From Catajapyx aquilonaris (taxonomy: Eukaryota), in NCBI GenBank assembly GCA_000934665.2, contig JYFJ02003481.1:1-41421 (forward strand): a stretch of DNA of 41,421 nucleotides, in the 5' to 3' direction. This document shows positions 12,200 through 24,466 of the stretch, one piece after another. Below the pieces are notes generated by a model. That model had not been told where the DNA came from and ran no database searches. It was given only the letters and a program-made list of their open reading frames with translations. Made by a program: the position numbers and the translations under genes. Each line of letters opens with the position of its first letter. The first letter of the stretch is position 1.

Positions 12200-12701
12200 T
12201 AGACAAAGTCAACGTACACTTTGGCGCTCTTGTCCCAGCGGGACATTAGTTTTTCCATACCATACCATGCAGAAGAAAGCATCAGGCTGGGTGGGAATTA
12301 CAGTGAGCGATGGCCTCTGCCACTTCCTCGATGTCACTGAAGTTCTGACCTGCCAGGTGCTTCTTCATTGGTTCAAAGAGATGGTAGACCATGCTTAAAA
12401 CCATCTCTTTGGACCGATAAAGAAGCACCTGGAAGGTCAGAACTTCAGCGTGGGTGGGAAGCCAGTGGTGATTGCATCATTCACTTCCTTGATGTCACTG
12501 AGGTCTTGAGTGTTTCTTTTTTGGTCCAAAGAGATGGTTTTAACCATGGTCTACCCTCTCTTTGGACCAATGAAGAAGCACTGGCTGGTCAGAACTTCAG
12601 CGACATCAAGGAAGTGAAAGAGGCCATCCCCCACTGGCTTCCCACCCAGCCTAACGCTTTTTTCTGCAGGGGCATGGAAAAACTAGTGTCCCGCTGGGAC
12701 A
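12200..12701. mobile_element. Rearranged mariner transposase 3' fragments arranged as nested inverted repeats
   Basis: 'GQNFSDIKEVKEAIPHWLPTQPNAFFCRGMEKLVSRWD' matches the mariner C-terminus. The ends of 12231-12701 are reverse complements (tgtcccagcgggaca / tgtcccgctgggaca). Confidence 0.8.
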
Positions 12702-14071
12702 GGATGGAAAAGATTTCGCACTTCCCGGCGTCGCCGAGATCTCGGAAAACCACCGTTGGATTCCTTACCCCAGAATGAGTTATGCCAAAAATCCTCATAA
12801 TCGCAAATATCCCAGCCGTTTTGGAGATAAAAGAAATAAACTGAATCCGCAACCTCCCCCGGTTTGTTTCGCGACCCTCCCGACAGAGTAGAGCTGCGGT
12901 CGCCCACGGCCACGGCCACCTACAGACAAGGCCCTGGCGCGGGAACGGGTGGAACGCTGTGACGTTACGTTAGGAGGCGAGCTCTTCCACCATGTCGCGA
13001 CATGCGGTTGCCAAGCTACAGGGTGTTACATGTGCCAACTTTCGAACTTTTTTGCTCCGTTCGCTGTTACTTAGACGACCATAATTATCTTTTAGAAGGC
13101 CTGGAGGTCAAAGGACCTCATGGATTAAGCATACTAAAAAGGATCCCAAAATTGATTTCTTCGTGCTTCGGATATGTTGTTGGGGGTGGCGAGTAGGCCC
13201 CGTGTGCAAAAGGAGCTGCCTCGATTGGCCGCGGTTAGGCTTGTAGGCCGGTCACGTGACCTAGCCTTCAAAAAATCACCACTCCCAAACGACTTTGATT
13301 TAAGAAATGATTTTTGGCATGGAGGTATATCTAGCCTCGTACTATCTAACGCTACGATAGAATTTCATCTAGCTCGTCTCTGATTGGCCGAAATAGACAA
13401 CGAGTGAAAAAGAAGTGGCCTTTTTACCAATTTAAAGCTGGCCGCCCAACATAATGTATACCTTATTTGACAGCTCCAAAGAAGTTTTACACCATATTAA
13501 AAAATCAGACAATTCTATCCGTGGACCGCTATATTTTATTTAGTAACAACCAAACACCACCCTTATAATTCACACAAATGTACTACTACCCACCTTTTAT
13601 ACTATTTTGAGCCACTCTCGGAGTTCATGAATCTAAAAATAACATGACGAAGGTCTTCGGCGAATATTATGCGATTCACGAGTCCTGGCCTGTTAGGCTC
13701 CTCCCCCCGTCCTCCGCCCTCTGAAGGCGAGGTTGCCACGTCCGCGTCCGGCCATGTTCTCACACGCCTGCCAGGAGGATGGGGGAGAGCACTTGGCAGC
13801 AGTGGATGGCATTGGGGGGGGGGGGGGGNGGGGGGGGGGACAACCAGGCCTGGTAATACGACGAACCACCTATCCCTTGTTGAGACCGAACCCCGCACCA
13901 ATGGCTCCTACTCGCGAGAATCACGAGCATTCCAGGCCTGATTTCTTCCGCCGCTGACGTTGGGAGGAGGGTTTTATATGCGCATTGGAAGGGTAATTTC
14001 ACGCTCTATGCGACGGTCATTTTCAAAATGGAAAATTACGAAAATGTAAAATCAGAGTGGCTCCCAAAACT

Positions 14072-14550
14072 TTACTTTGATATTGCTTATTAATCGACCC
14101 CTGCGCTTTCTTTTGAATGGCACTTAAAATGACAAGGGAAATGTTTTCGGAAAATCTGGAGAAACCATTTTTGATATCTGCCAACAACAATAACTTTTTT
14201 GGTCCAAACGCGTCCCGTAATTGTAGTCACCTCATTTGGAGGACCATAACTCGGAGAAGGTCTGGTCAGATCTTATATTTGATAATTATGTTCATTCGAA
14301 ATGTATTTTTATGCTCCAGGAGATGGTTACACTCAAAATTTAAAAATCCAAAAATTTTAAATCAAAGATATTTTGATTTTGATATTGATCAATATTATAA
14401 TCGACTCCTACGATTTCTTTTGAGTGGCACTTAAAATGATCCGGGTAATGTTTACTTGAGATTCCCGAAAAAATTGGAGAACCTTTTTTTGATATTTGCC
14501 AAATATAAAAATATTTTAGGTGCATGTACCGTAAATGCAGTCACCTCAAA
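14072..14550. repeat. Degenerate direct repeat, ~310-bp period
   Basis: taatcgac..tttcttttga.tggcacttaaaatga and ccgtaa.tg.agtcacctca each occur twice. Confidence 0.65.
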
Positions 14551-15918
14551 AAGAAATAAAATTACTCTTATTTAGATGCGGTAAAAATTCATGCTCCACA
14601 TCGTGAGAATGCCTGATTCTAGAACTTTATATAGAATGTAATCAAAGAATTAGGTTCTAAAAAAACCCTCAAATAGGTAGCCATTTAAGTCCTGAAAACA
14701 GTTAAAATAGGCTCTCCGTTCTTTGCTCATTATTTATTTCAGTTACTCTTACATTTACATTCAAAATAGTTTAAAATCAATATGGCCTGAACCATTACTT
14801 GCGCATTGCCCTTTGTTGTTGCAAGACGTTATCAGAGCACCTTCGACATATAGTGGTAAGAAATGCAGTATTCCCGATAACGCAGCAGGGCATTAAAATA
14901 ATTGAGTGCAATCGAGAATCCAGAAGTGTGGGCGGATTAGGAAACCTTAGGAAACGGCCAGTCTTATCTCCACAGTAATGTATACCCATTTGCGCATCGA
15001 GTCCTGAACTGCTCAACAAACAAACCGCAGTGTTTACAGAGACTCACGCAGAGCCTATAGTTTCATATATTTGTTTTCCAAAGAATTTCGGTGTCACGTT
15101 GGGAGGTCAACAAAACATTACGAAATATATCCAAGAGAAAGAGAGTGACGTAACAGGCTTCTACATGCTAGTGTCATTGTTGACATTGCTGACCGATATG
15201 ACCTGTTCATTATGAGATCACGATAGTATTCGCTAGTTGCATGATGAATATTTCATTTATGGTGCTATACGATCAATTTATTTATGATCAGTGAATATAC
15301 GGCGTCCGGTTTCACATTAAATCCCGATATTGCATAAAATAATGTAACCGCTCCTAACCCCAAGTAATTCAAATGTATCAGTCAAACAGTGAAGCAACTC
15401 AAACTGCTCATATCTAAAGACATTTGGATTGCTACATAATGCCATTATGGAGCTAGTACATTGCGAAACATCGGGACGAAATTACGTCTGTACACACCAC
15501 ATTACAGACTGTGAGTAAACATCACATCTAGATCGGATCAAAGTATTATTTGCGAAATTAGAAGCAATCGCGAATGTAGAAGCACGAACGTTCATTACAT
15601 GTAAGTAGTCTTGCTCCACCGAAACGTTAGCCGCGTCCATATATCGTCAACAGGACATGCAATCATTGTACACACTAGAAAGGCTGAAGCTGTTCCAATA
15701 TAGGCCTACTCAAAAATTACAGTCCCACAGAGAAGAGCCGCAATAAGTATATACAGAGCACCCACTTATTGTCTCGGAAGTAGAGGCACATACCTTGGCA
15801 GAATAACCTTGGAAGCACCTTGAAAGGTCAATTTGGTAACCCCAGGTTTGATACAGTGTCGAGCAAAACTCACGCTGAACAAGTCGATCCTGATCTGAGC
15901 TCGTTACGACTTGACAAG

Positions 15919-17949
15919 ATGAGAAGGTTCATACTGAGCACATTTTTGGCACTGGTGGTTGTCGCTCCCTTGAACCAAATTACGAGTTACTACCATCAGC
16001 TGCGCAATGGAAGCAGAGAGGAAGAACTGGTGGCTCTGTTGGCGGAAGAGCTGCTGTCGACTGAGTTTGACGAGTGTTCCCTGGTTGTGTCCAGGGATTA
16101 CCATCTGGAAGGAGGCTGGGGTTGGTCTGTGCTGAGGGAGGAAGAGAGGCGATACAGGCCGTCCACGGTGGTCGAGATGACCACGGGGCAGTTCCCTTTC
16201 TCCTTCAGGGACTACCCTGGTCTGCGCAGGCAGGAAGACCTGATGGACTTCAGGACCATACCCCCTGGCCTCAGGTCAAGGTCGTGGCCTGGGGGAAGCT
16301 GCACCTTCCACCTCCTCTTCCCATCTACGCCCCTCAATCTCCCTCAACTCATCGTCTACACGGGATCAAAGGTCAGGCTGGACAACCACTTGGACACTTT
16401 CCTCATTCACTTCGTCGGGACAGATCATGGCACAAGTCCGGAGCAGGTCATGATGGAGCATCCGGCAGACGGGATCAGGTTCAAGCTGGCCACATCTTAT
16501 CATTTGTTCCCCAACACATCAGGTGAAGGCCTCCAGATGTCCACAATCTGCCTCTTCTGTGACTCTGGACACCCAAAGCCAATGGAACTCGGGATATTCC
16601 ACGGCGATAAGGACAAGAAGGGGCGGGACAAGATCCTTTACCCGGACACTGCCGCAAAACTTAACCGTCACAAAGTGACAATGGTATTTGTTTATGACAT
16701 AGACATGGAGGAACTGAACAAGAAAAAAGAGGAACTTGGTGAAATCAACATGGGAGTAGTAGAAAGGTGCATGTTGCTCGCAGAACACCTTTTAAATGCC
16801 GAATTTATTATATATGGCATGGAAATAGAAAATTCAGACAACCTCGATTACCACCACCCTAACGGCAGTTGGATTGGGGTAACTGGCCACATTCTGAAGG
16901 GAAAAGCAGACGGGTCGTACATATCAATAATGACGGAAGAGACGAACAGGTATGTGGCCTTGGGTTACCCCACCGTTCATTTCAAATTCATATTCATGAC
17001 ACCACTTCCTAACCGAATAATCCGGTGGGAAGTGATATTTGAGCCTTTTGAAGGAATAGTGTGGATTTTTGTGTGCTTCACGGTGCTCGTCACCACACTT
17101 GCAATATTCTATATTTACAACAACAAATGGGCTATTGCGCGTGAGTCAGTCTCTCTAATCAAATCTCTTAATTTCTCTGTGCGTTTGCTGATTTACCAAC
17201 CAATTGAACTCCTCCCATCAACACCATATTACATATTTTCGTGTTTCTTCGCCGTGTTTTGCATGGTTATGTGCACTGGATACTGCAGCAAACTAGTGTC
17301 CTTTCTGACCTATCCCAGTGAAGAGTTCGCGCCAAAAACATTTAATGAACTTGTCTATGCCGGTGACTGGAAGTGGGGGTTACCCTTGGAAGAGTATCTC
17401 CTTCTGCACTTGATGGTGCCCCGTTCAAAAAACCCGACTCTTCAGAAACTGAGGAAGGAAGCCCAAATGATGAGCGGGGTTGTTGAATGCATGGAGAATG
17501 CTTTTAATTCAAAGAAAGTGGCTTGCGTGGCAGTCGAGTCGCGAATCGAAATGGAAGAGAAAATATACGCCGATGTCGATGGAAACATTATGTTCAGGAA
17601 GTCTCACGACTCCATAATCAGTGTGACTTCGGCTGCAATCTTGAGTGCCGGGACAACCTATTTTACCCGAGCTATGTGGGGAACAATCGTTTTAGCATAC
17701 GAAGGACAGTTCCTCAAAAAATTCATATCAGATGAAGCACACATGAAGTTCGTCACTCATGTCCTGCGTCACCCACACAAAATGCAAGCTAGGGATGTCA
17801 GTGACAAAGTACTGACAGTCAACAAGTTGTCCGCAATATTTTACTTGTGGCTGGTAGGTGTGGGTATATCAGCTGTGTTATTTGCACTGGAAATGGTGAA
17901 GTGTAAGAGGCCCGGCAAAAGGTCGCATGTAACACCATTTTTGATTTGA
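15919..17949 (+). CDS. Intact intronless divergent ionotropic receptor (~676 aa)
   Basis: ATG at 15919 gives a signal-peptide-like MRRFILSTFLALVVVA. S1 'NGSWIGVTGHILKGKAD', pre-M1 'IFEPFEGIVW', M2 'TGYCSKLVSFLTYP', last TM 'LSAIFYLWLVGVGISAVLFALE'. Confidence 0.9.
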   Translation: MRRFILSTFLALVVVAPLNQITSYYHQLRNGSREEELVALLAEELLSTEFDECSLVVSRDYHLEGGWGWSVLREEERRYRPSTVVEMTTGQFPFSFRDYPGLRRQEDLMDFRTIPPGLRSRSWPGGSCTFHLLFPSTPLNLPQLIVYTGSKVRLDNHLDTFLIHFVGTDHGTSPEQVMMEHPADGIRFKLATSYHLFPNTSGEGLQMSTICLFCDSGHPKPMELGIFHGDKDKKGRDKILYPDTAAKLNRHKVTMVFVYDIDMEELNKKKEELGEINMGVVERCMLLAEHLLNAEFIIYGMEIENSDNLDYHHPNGSWIGVTGHILKGKADGSYISIMTEETNRYVALGYPTVHFKFIFMTPLPNRIIRWEVIFEPFEGIVWIFVCFTVLVTTLAIFYIYNNKWAIARESVSLIKSLNFSVRLLIYQPIELLPSTPYYIFSCFFAVFCMVMCTGYCSKLVSFLTYPSEEFAPKTFNELVYAGDWKWGLPLEEYLLLHLMVPRSKNPTLQKLRKEAQMMSGVVECMENAFNSKKVACVAVESRIEMEEKIYADVDGNIMFRKSHDSIISVTSAAILSAGTTYFTRAMWGTIVLAYEGQFLKKFISDEAHMKFVTHVLRHPHKMQARDVSDKVLTVNKLSAIFYLWLVGVGISAVLFALEMVKCKRPGKRSHVTPFLI

Positions 17950-18199
17950 GTGGATCACCCGCCACGACTTGTAAGAGTATGCTTCAATATTATTAATATT
18001 ATTCTTGACTAGTATAGTGCACGTAATTGTGCAGCCTACTATCTTTAAACCATTGCTTTACTTGCATAAATTACGAGTTAGCCTACTTATTCTGATTAAC
18101 CCATTAAGGTTACACAAGACATGTGGAATTTCCTTACCGCTCTCTCTGTATGATATACGGGTGGAAATGACAATATTTTGAACAGGACATTTTTCACTC

Positions 18200-18730
18200 G
18201 ATTCGACCAAATATCTCTGAAACTATGAGGGTCCAATGAACGGCATAAAAAGGTCCCAATAGTCCAAGAGGAGTAGTTTACAGTCAATTAATTTCACATC
18301 GATCCGCAGTATGTGGTTTCAGCCACCTTCTTGAAACAGAATATTTCTGAAACTATTCGAGTCTGATAAACGAAACGTATATGGACCTGGTAGTCCTCGG
18401 GACGTAGTATACATAGTCCATTAATTTCAGACGCCCACGTCGAATGGTGTGCGCACAATCGCGGTTGAAATGTTTTGGCGGGAAAATTTTTAACCTTTAT
18501 ATCTTTGAAACTAGAGTCCAATGAGCGGGGTAAATGGGTCTAACGAGTCCATTGAGAGTACTATGAATTCCATTAATTTCAGCTGGATCGGAGATAGGTG
18601 GTGAGATGCGTGAAGTTGGCTCACCACTTTTTGAAACTAAATATCTCTGAAACTGAGAGGGTCCAATGAACGGGGCAAAGAATCCATTGAGAGTTAGACT
18701 ACATAGTCCATTGATTTCACTTCGATCCGA
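18200..18730. repeat. Degenerate tandem array (~130-160 bp units), probably TE-internal
   Basis: Recurring atatctctgaaact..gagggtccaatga (18211, 18341, 18499, 18641) and tccattaatttca motifs. Confidence 0.65.
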
Positions 18731-19931
18731 GGTAGTTGGTGAGCCAACTTCACACACGTGTAAAAATGTCAAGTAAATAAAATGAACGTTTGACTCACAG
18801 CCATTGGAGTCTTATTCTATCCCGTTTTATCCTATGAATATAGTCTACTGGCACTTTCTGTGGATGGAGTTGCAATGCTTGATGGATGCAGTGGCAATTC
18901 ACAAACAGTGGAATCCCTGCTGGTAATTCCCAATTTTTGGCTGACCACCCTGAAATGAAGATATCAGAAAAAGGGAAGGAATACAAAATAAGTCTGAGAT
19001 CAACATGTAGAAAGATATATTTCCACCCACAACATAAGTGGGATTGTCACTGAAATAACAGACTCTGGAAAATTCCTGAACTAGTGCGGTAGTGCGGTAT
19101 GCATTATTGTAAGTATGGGTTACTCAGACACAATCAATATCTATAAGTCCTCCAATTAAATTTTTTTTGCCTCATTAGCGTTGTACTACCAGATAATATG
19201 TTATCGAGATATTGTTAATGAATACATGCTGAGAGAAACCGAATAGTGTATGACAAATATTTTGTTACTGTAATGAAGGACAAGGTGGCTTTTAAAAATA
19301 TATAATTAAGTGATCTTGATCTTAACAGTGTAAGAGGTTATCATGTAAAGCACTTTTTTCTTGACACTATTGTGACAAGTTAGCTACGTACTCGACGTGC
19401 TTCCTGTCGAGTTTCCCCAAAAAATTAGTTATACATGTTCCTTTCTCCGAGTCCGATTTTTATTGCTCCGCAGCTCGACCTGTGTCCTTTTCAATATCTC
19501 CTGCAAAAAAAACGTGTCAGGTGACTGTAAAATTGTCGATCGGTAAAAAATTATATTCAAATTATTTTTGAATCATAGTCTCCGTGTATATTCGGATAAC
19601 CCCTCTTCTTTGACATTATTCTCAAACATTAATCGAGGTAATCTCCTACCTTCAAGAAATACGAATGTCGTTGGAAGAGTAAGATGCCTCCCAGTACATT
19701 TCGGAAGATGAAAAATAATGTAAGGTGTAAGATGAAGGGGGAGATATATTAGTAAAATTTCTTTACTGGGGTGATTCAATACCATTCTGTGCCTCTGTCA
19801 TTGTTTTCCCCATCCAGCAGGTAACAATAATTTTTTTTTCTAAATTGTTAGTGTGTGTTATATATTTCATGCACTGAAGAAGTTTCATCAGTATAATTAT
19901 GTGACATTGTTGTTGTTTATTTTATATTAAA

Positions 19932-20762
19932 CTAGCAGGTTACCCGGCGTTGCACGGGTATGTTGGGGTGCTGGTAAAGATAGGGGTACATATCTGTGAT
20001 AGATTACCTGCTTGTCTTATAGCGTACAGTCGACACGGATATTCTGATTGGATGTGTAAAAAGAGGAATGCGGATGGAGTTGGCCCAGGAAAAGACTGCA
20101 CAGCCATGTGTTTTTCCCCTGCATTTTTGACCCCTTGACCCCCCCCCCCCCCTCCCAACCCCACTTCACACCCCCACCTCGTTCCATATGTTTGCTCTGG
20201 ATAACTTTAGAAATGTACGTACAGATGTATGATGGGAAATTTTGTTTTCAACATGGAGTAATATAAAGTGGTGGTGCGGGAACGTCGGGTTCGATCCCAG
20301 CCCGGGGTTCCCTCCTTCATCCCGTGCAGAGTTGGATCGTCTCTGGCTTCGTTTCGGGTGGAGTCTCCTCAGACTAATCCACCCGGGGGAGTTCACAAAA
20401 TATACCGTTTGAGAATTGCACTTGCACCTTGCACATCCCCTCCCAGTCACCCTGCCCGTGGGCCCGGGCTCTACGTCAAAAAGGTTCCATCAAGACAAAA
20501 TAGCTAAAAAAAGAAGAGAGGCATTTCCATGGAAATGCAAATTGATTTATTGTGATTGATGTAAGCTAATTGTTGAGGCAGGAATATGCGTGTTGTGGGA
20601 GTTAGGTACATTTTCGGAAGCTGAAACATGCGGCGTTAGATTCCTTGGAAAAAGTAACCCCCGATATGCTAATTTACGGCGGTGTAGGGGCCTTCCCCTG
20701 GATTTCTATAAGGGACAAACATCCAAACTTCCTTATTTATAGATATAGAGAAGAGATAGAGA
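19932..20762 (-). mobile_element. Canonical non-autonomous Helitron
   Basis: On the minus strand: A|TCTCTATC..TCTATATCTATAAATAAGG 5' end; 3' hairpin TACCCGtgcaacgcCGGGTA, then acctgCTAG|T; no TSD. Confidence 0.75.
20266..20515 (+). mobile_element. Second tRNA-derived SINE-like element nested in the Helitron
   Basis: B-box GGTTCGATCCC, a tgcaccttgcac..ccctccc motif shared with the main SINE family, and an A-rich end. Confidence 0.5.
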
Positions 20763-21309
20763 TTGTATTTCCCTCCTACGACATTGATGATTTGTGCAAA
20801 GATGGTTTGGAAAGTTACCAAATGTGACAAAAAAATTGGACGAAAATAATCACTCAGTGGTTTAAAAACGAAGTAACTGGCCTTTTTGATAAGCACGACT
20901 TGAAAATTAATTTGATTTATTTAAATTCAACACCTTCATCAAACTTATTTTAGTCTAATTTCATTTGTTTCAGTGAAATCAACAGATTTGTTTACGTTTA
21001 TTATGTTAATGCACTCGTTTAGATTCAATTAATTTTTCCGTTTGAAAATTTGAAAATTAATAATTAGATTGGTGAAGTCAATATTCAGTAATTACACTGG
21101 TCAACAAAATTGAACATTTTGTTCTCATCATGAATAAAAAGTACTTTTTTCTGGATAAACTTTCCAGTTTTTTGCTACGATTTATCATGGCCCAACATTC
21201 ACCTTGAATTCAAAAGAAGATCATTGTTGACGTCATTCGAGTAAATAAACAGGTTAGCACCTGAGGGTTTGGTGCCTTCTATTTTTTAACCTTTTACAAA
21301 CAAGATGCC

Positions 21310-21740
21310 TGTCCTGTAATTGGACGATGTTACTCAATAATGGGTCAACCCACAAAAAATGTCAATATTGAGTTAAGCCGAGGAACATACACCCAAAGGA
21401 TAGTACAGCACTTCATTCAGTTCAAATTATGGTGGCGAAATCTGCATACTGCTCCCACAAATGATCGGAAGATTAACTCACAAATGGTGTGCAAGGATGG
21501 TGTTACGCAACAATGTGTCAACCCACGAAAATGTCAAAATCGAGCTAATCATAGGAACCCATGCCTAAAGGATCCTACGTTATTCAGTTAAAATCATGCT
21601 GGTGAAATCTGCATGCTTTTGCCACAAATAACCGAAAAGAAAACTGGATTAATTTCACCTAGGCAATTTTATTTCTTCAAAAATTCTTATCTGGGTTGAC
21701 TCAGTATTGCGTAACACTGTCCAATTATGTGACTCAGGTG
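21310..21740. mobile_element. Degenerate MITE-like inverted-repeat element
   Basis: taattggacgatgttactcaataatgggtcaaccca versus tgggttgactcagtattgcgtaacactgtccaatta, plus internal direct repeats. Confidence 0.55.
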
Positions 21741-22975
21741 ACATTTTTCCAGTAAATGCATTACATTTTATCATGCAGTAAAAAATGTAGGCTACAGCAC
21801 AAAATACACTGTATCTAACAAATTACTCTATAGTGCTACGGTACATGATTATATTCACTACGGCGTCGTTACCATAATGTCACAATACTGCAGTAATATG
21901 ACCTATCATGCGACAATTTCACTAACGGACCTGTCTGTACTGGATACTTTCATGATTTATTTCTTTTGCCTTTTTCATTGCTACTCGACCAACGTAAGCA
22001 GCCACAAACGAGATGCCCGGAATCTTCAGCACAACTGTGAAGAGAAGAGTCAGAAGACGAAAGTAAGCCTGTTTGTACCATGGCACTACCTTACGCAAAG
22101 CCTCGACAGCTTGGGGCACGTCGTTGGCCCATGCCACGAACATGGCCACACTCTCAGGGAACAAGGTCAGTATAGTCTGAAGAAAGGGCTGACCATGTTG
22201 CCGCAATGGATGGCAATCCTGCCGAAGAACTCCTGGTCCTTGTTGAACGTGTTTGGATGGGCAACCATCACATTGTTCTTGTATTCAGTCAGGAGGCTTC
22301 TCATCTGCTTCAGGTTGCCAAAAAATGGGTTGTACCGGTCCTCTACACCCAGGTGGTAAGTGATGACTCGCATCAAGTAGATGTAGTCCTCCATCTCTTG
22401 GCCTATTTTATGAGGAGAGGTGATGGCAACGTTGGCCATGTTCATGGAGGTTACTATGAAGTCGTACTGGGTCATGTACGTCTTATCCTGGGGCACTTGA
22501 GGAGGGTACGCGAACGTGGACCGAGGAGGTACAATTACAGACAGCTTTTAAAACAAAGTGCACTTGCTCTCTATTTCAGGCACGTTGGACATGTCCATCT
22601 CAGCCTCGACCACGTTGTGTTTAAACTTGTTGGAAAATTCGGCCAATCTGTTATGCTTACGATGGACTCTCTTCATGCTCCGGTATGCTTGGTCAGTCGG
22701 ATCCCACAGCCACAGGTCACCCTCGTACCAGGTCAGGAGGTTGGAGAGCAAGCCAATACTCAACTGAAGGCAGCTCTGGACTCCCTCGTACTTGCGGAAG
22801 TACACAATCCCACCAAAAACCTTTCTGTAAAGGAAAGGCCAAGTTCTCCTGACTGCTTGGCCGTAAAAAGTGGTGAGATCTGAAATACGGCCAAGTTCAA
22901 CGTCGTTGTCAATTACTGGCATTCTCAACTTCTTCAACCTAAACCACTAACTTTGTTTTTTCAGGTCGACCTTAA

Positions 22976-23456
22976 AGGAAGGGTTCAGTGATTTTGCATG
23001 TTGAGCTCCAAAAATCAAACAACACTCCCTGATTTGAAATATCCGATCCGTTTTGTTGGCAAATGCACCATAAGCGTAAAATTTTAAGTCAAAGTTGATT
23101 TTTTTGAAAATCAGCGCCGAACACGGGTTCCCTCTAGCCACATGAGTGGAAGCTTCGATGCAGCGGTCGAAGCTTCCACTCTTGTGGCTAGAGGGAACCC
23201 ATGTCCCGTGAAAAGATGAAAAAATGGGCTCCGAGACTAAGCCAATCTCATTGGCCACGGTGGTGGCAGGTTACCGGAATTTCCGCGGGAGGCGCTGGCT
23301 GTATTCTTACCGTATCGAATACAGGAGCGGATATGGACTTTCACCTAGCGGCATTTGTTTACGCGGCGTCAGATTCCAAAACTGACCACATTTTTGGAAT
23401 CAGGGAGTCTTCCTTGATCTCTGAAGCCCAACATGCAGAATCACTGAACCCTTCCT
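22976..23456. mobile_element. TTAA-targeting MITE with AGG..CCT ends (Kolobok-like)
   Basis: TTAA|aggaagggttcagtgatt ... aatcactgaacccttcct|TTAA. The empty site gtcgaccttaag is present in copy 2. Internal hairpin at 23121-23204. Confidence 0.85.
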
Positions 23457-24159
23457 TTAAGGTGAATCATCAAAAAATTTTAATGGAATTTCTCTTGCTG
23501 TAACTTGGCAATTGCTCATGTCCGAGGCATTGTTGAATTCTCCAACTGTTTCAATGTTTTAAGAGCAATGGCCAAGTTACAGCAAGAGAAATTCCATTAA
23601 AATTTTTTGATGATTAAACTTAAGGTCGACCTGGAAAAATAAAGTTAGTGGTTTAGGTTGAAGAAGTTGAGAGTGCCAGTAATGAGTACGACGTTGAACT
23701 TGGCCGTATTTCAGATCTCACCACTTTTGACGGCCAAGCAGTCAGGAGAACTTGGCCTTTTTTTTACAGAAATGTTTTTGGTGGGATCTCACCTCTTTTT
23801 GTAGGCAGGAATGTATAGGATAATTATAAGGAAGCTCGGGGTGCCCCCTATACGGTTGGGCGTGGAAGCAATGGTCCGTATGTAAAACTCAATCTTTTTC
23901 TTCTGATTAGGTATGATCGCTCTTGGTATGAATTTCTTCTGCTTTCTCATAGTACGCTTCCTTTTTTCTGTTCTGGTTGTGCGAATTGGACATCTGCTAC
24001 ACCTGATCGCATAGCCCATTCGCGATCCTTAACCATTTCTTCTGTCGATGCCTTATTAGCCCTTTTGAGTATGGATAAGTCTGGTCGGTAAATAGATCTC
24101 AATCTATCGTACTCCAGAATAGCTGACTCTTGAGCCTTATGTCAGTAAAGGAGGCATTG

Positions 24160-24330
24160 ATGACATGCACTTTTAACTCTGGAAAGAGCCACGTAGGCTT
24201 GACCGCACGAGAAGACAGAGGAACCAATATCGATGAGTGCGTTAGTCACACTCAGGCCTTGGCTCTGTCCTCTGTATGGTAATGGCATACGCCACACAAA
24301 TTGGGAATTGTTCCCTGTACACATAGGCTG
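24160..24330 (-). pseudogene. PIF1-family helicase C-terminal fragment
   Basis: 'SQGLSVTNALIDIGSSVFSCGQAYVALSRVKS' within ORF 24142-24411. Confidence 0.85.
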
Positions 24331-24466
24331 CTGTCCTGTTGATGACCTCGAATTTTGTATTTGTATTATTTTGTATTTTAGGTATTTAGGTATTTGTAGT
24401 GGTATTTGCATGAAATATTTGTATTTGTATGGAATGCAATCGCAGCTTCAGTCAGATAGCTCGCGG

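Noticed and set aside
13602..14002. Overlapping GC-rich ORFs around a poly-G run
   Set aside because: No recognisable motifs; low complexity with an N in the homopolymer; probably TE-internal.
15820..15918. N-terminal extension of the IR from a TTG start
   Set aside because: Non-ATG start; the ATG at 15919 directly precedes a signal-peptide-like segment.
22548..22937. Apparent novel fusion ORF (also ORF 8759-9073)
   Set aside because: It is chance read-through from the palindrome arm into pseudogene C, which has a stop and a frameshift downstream.
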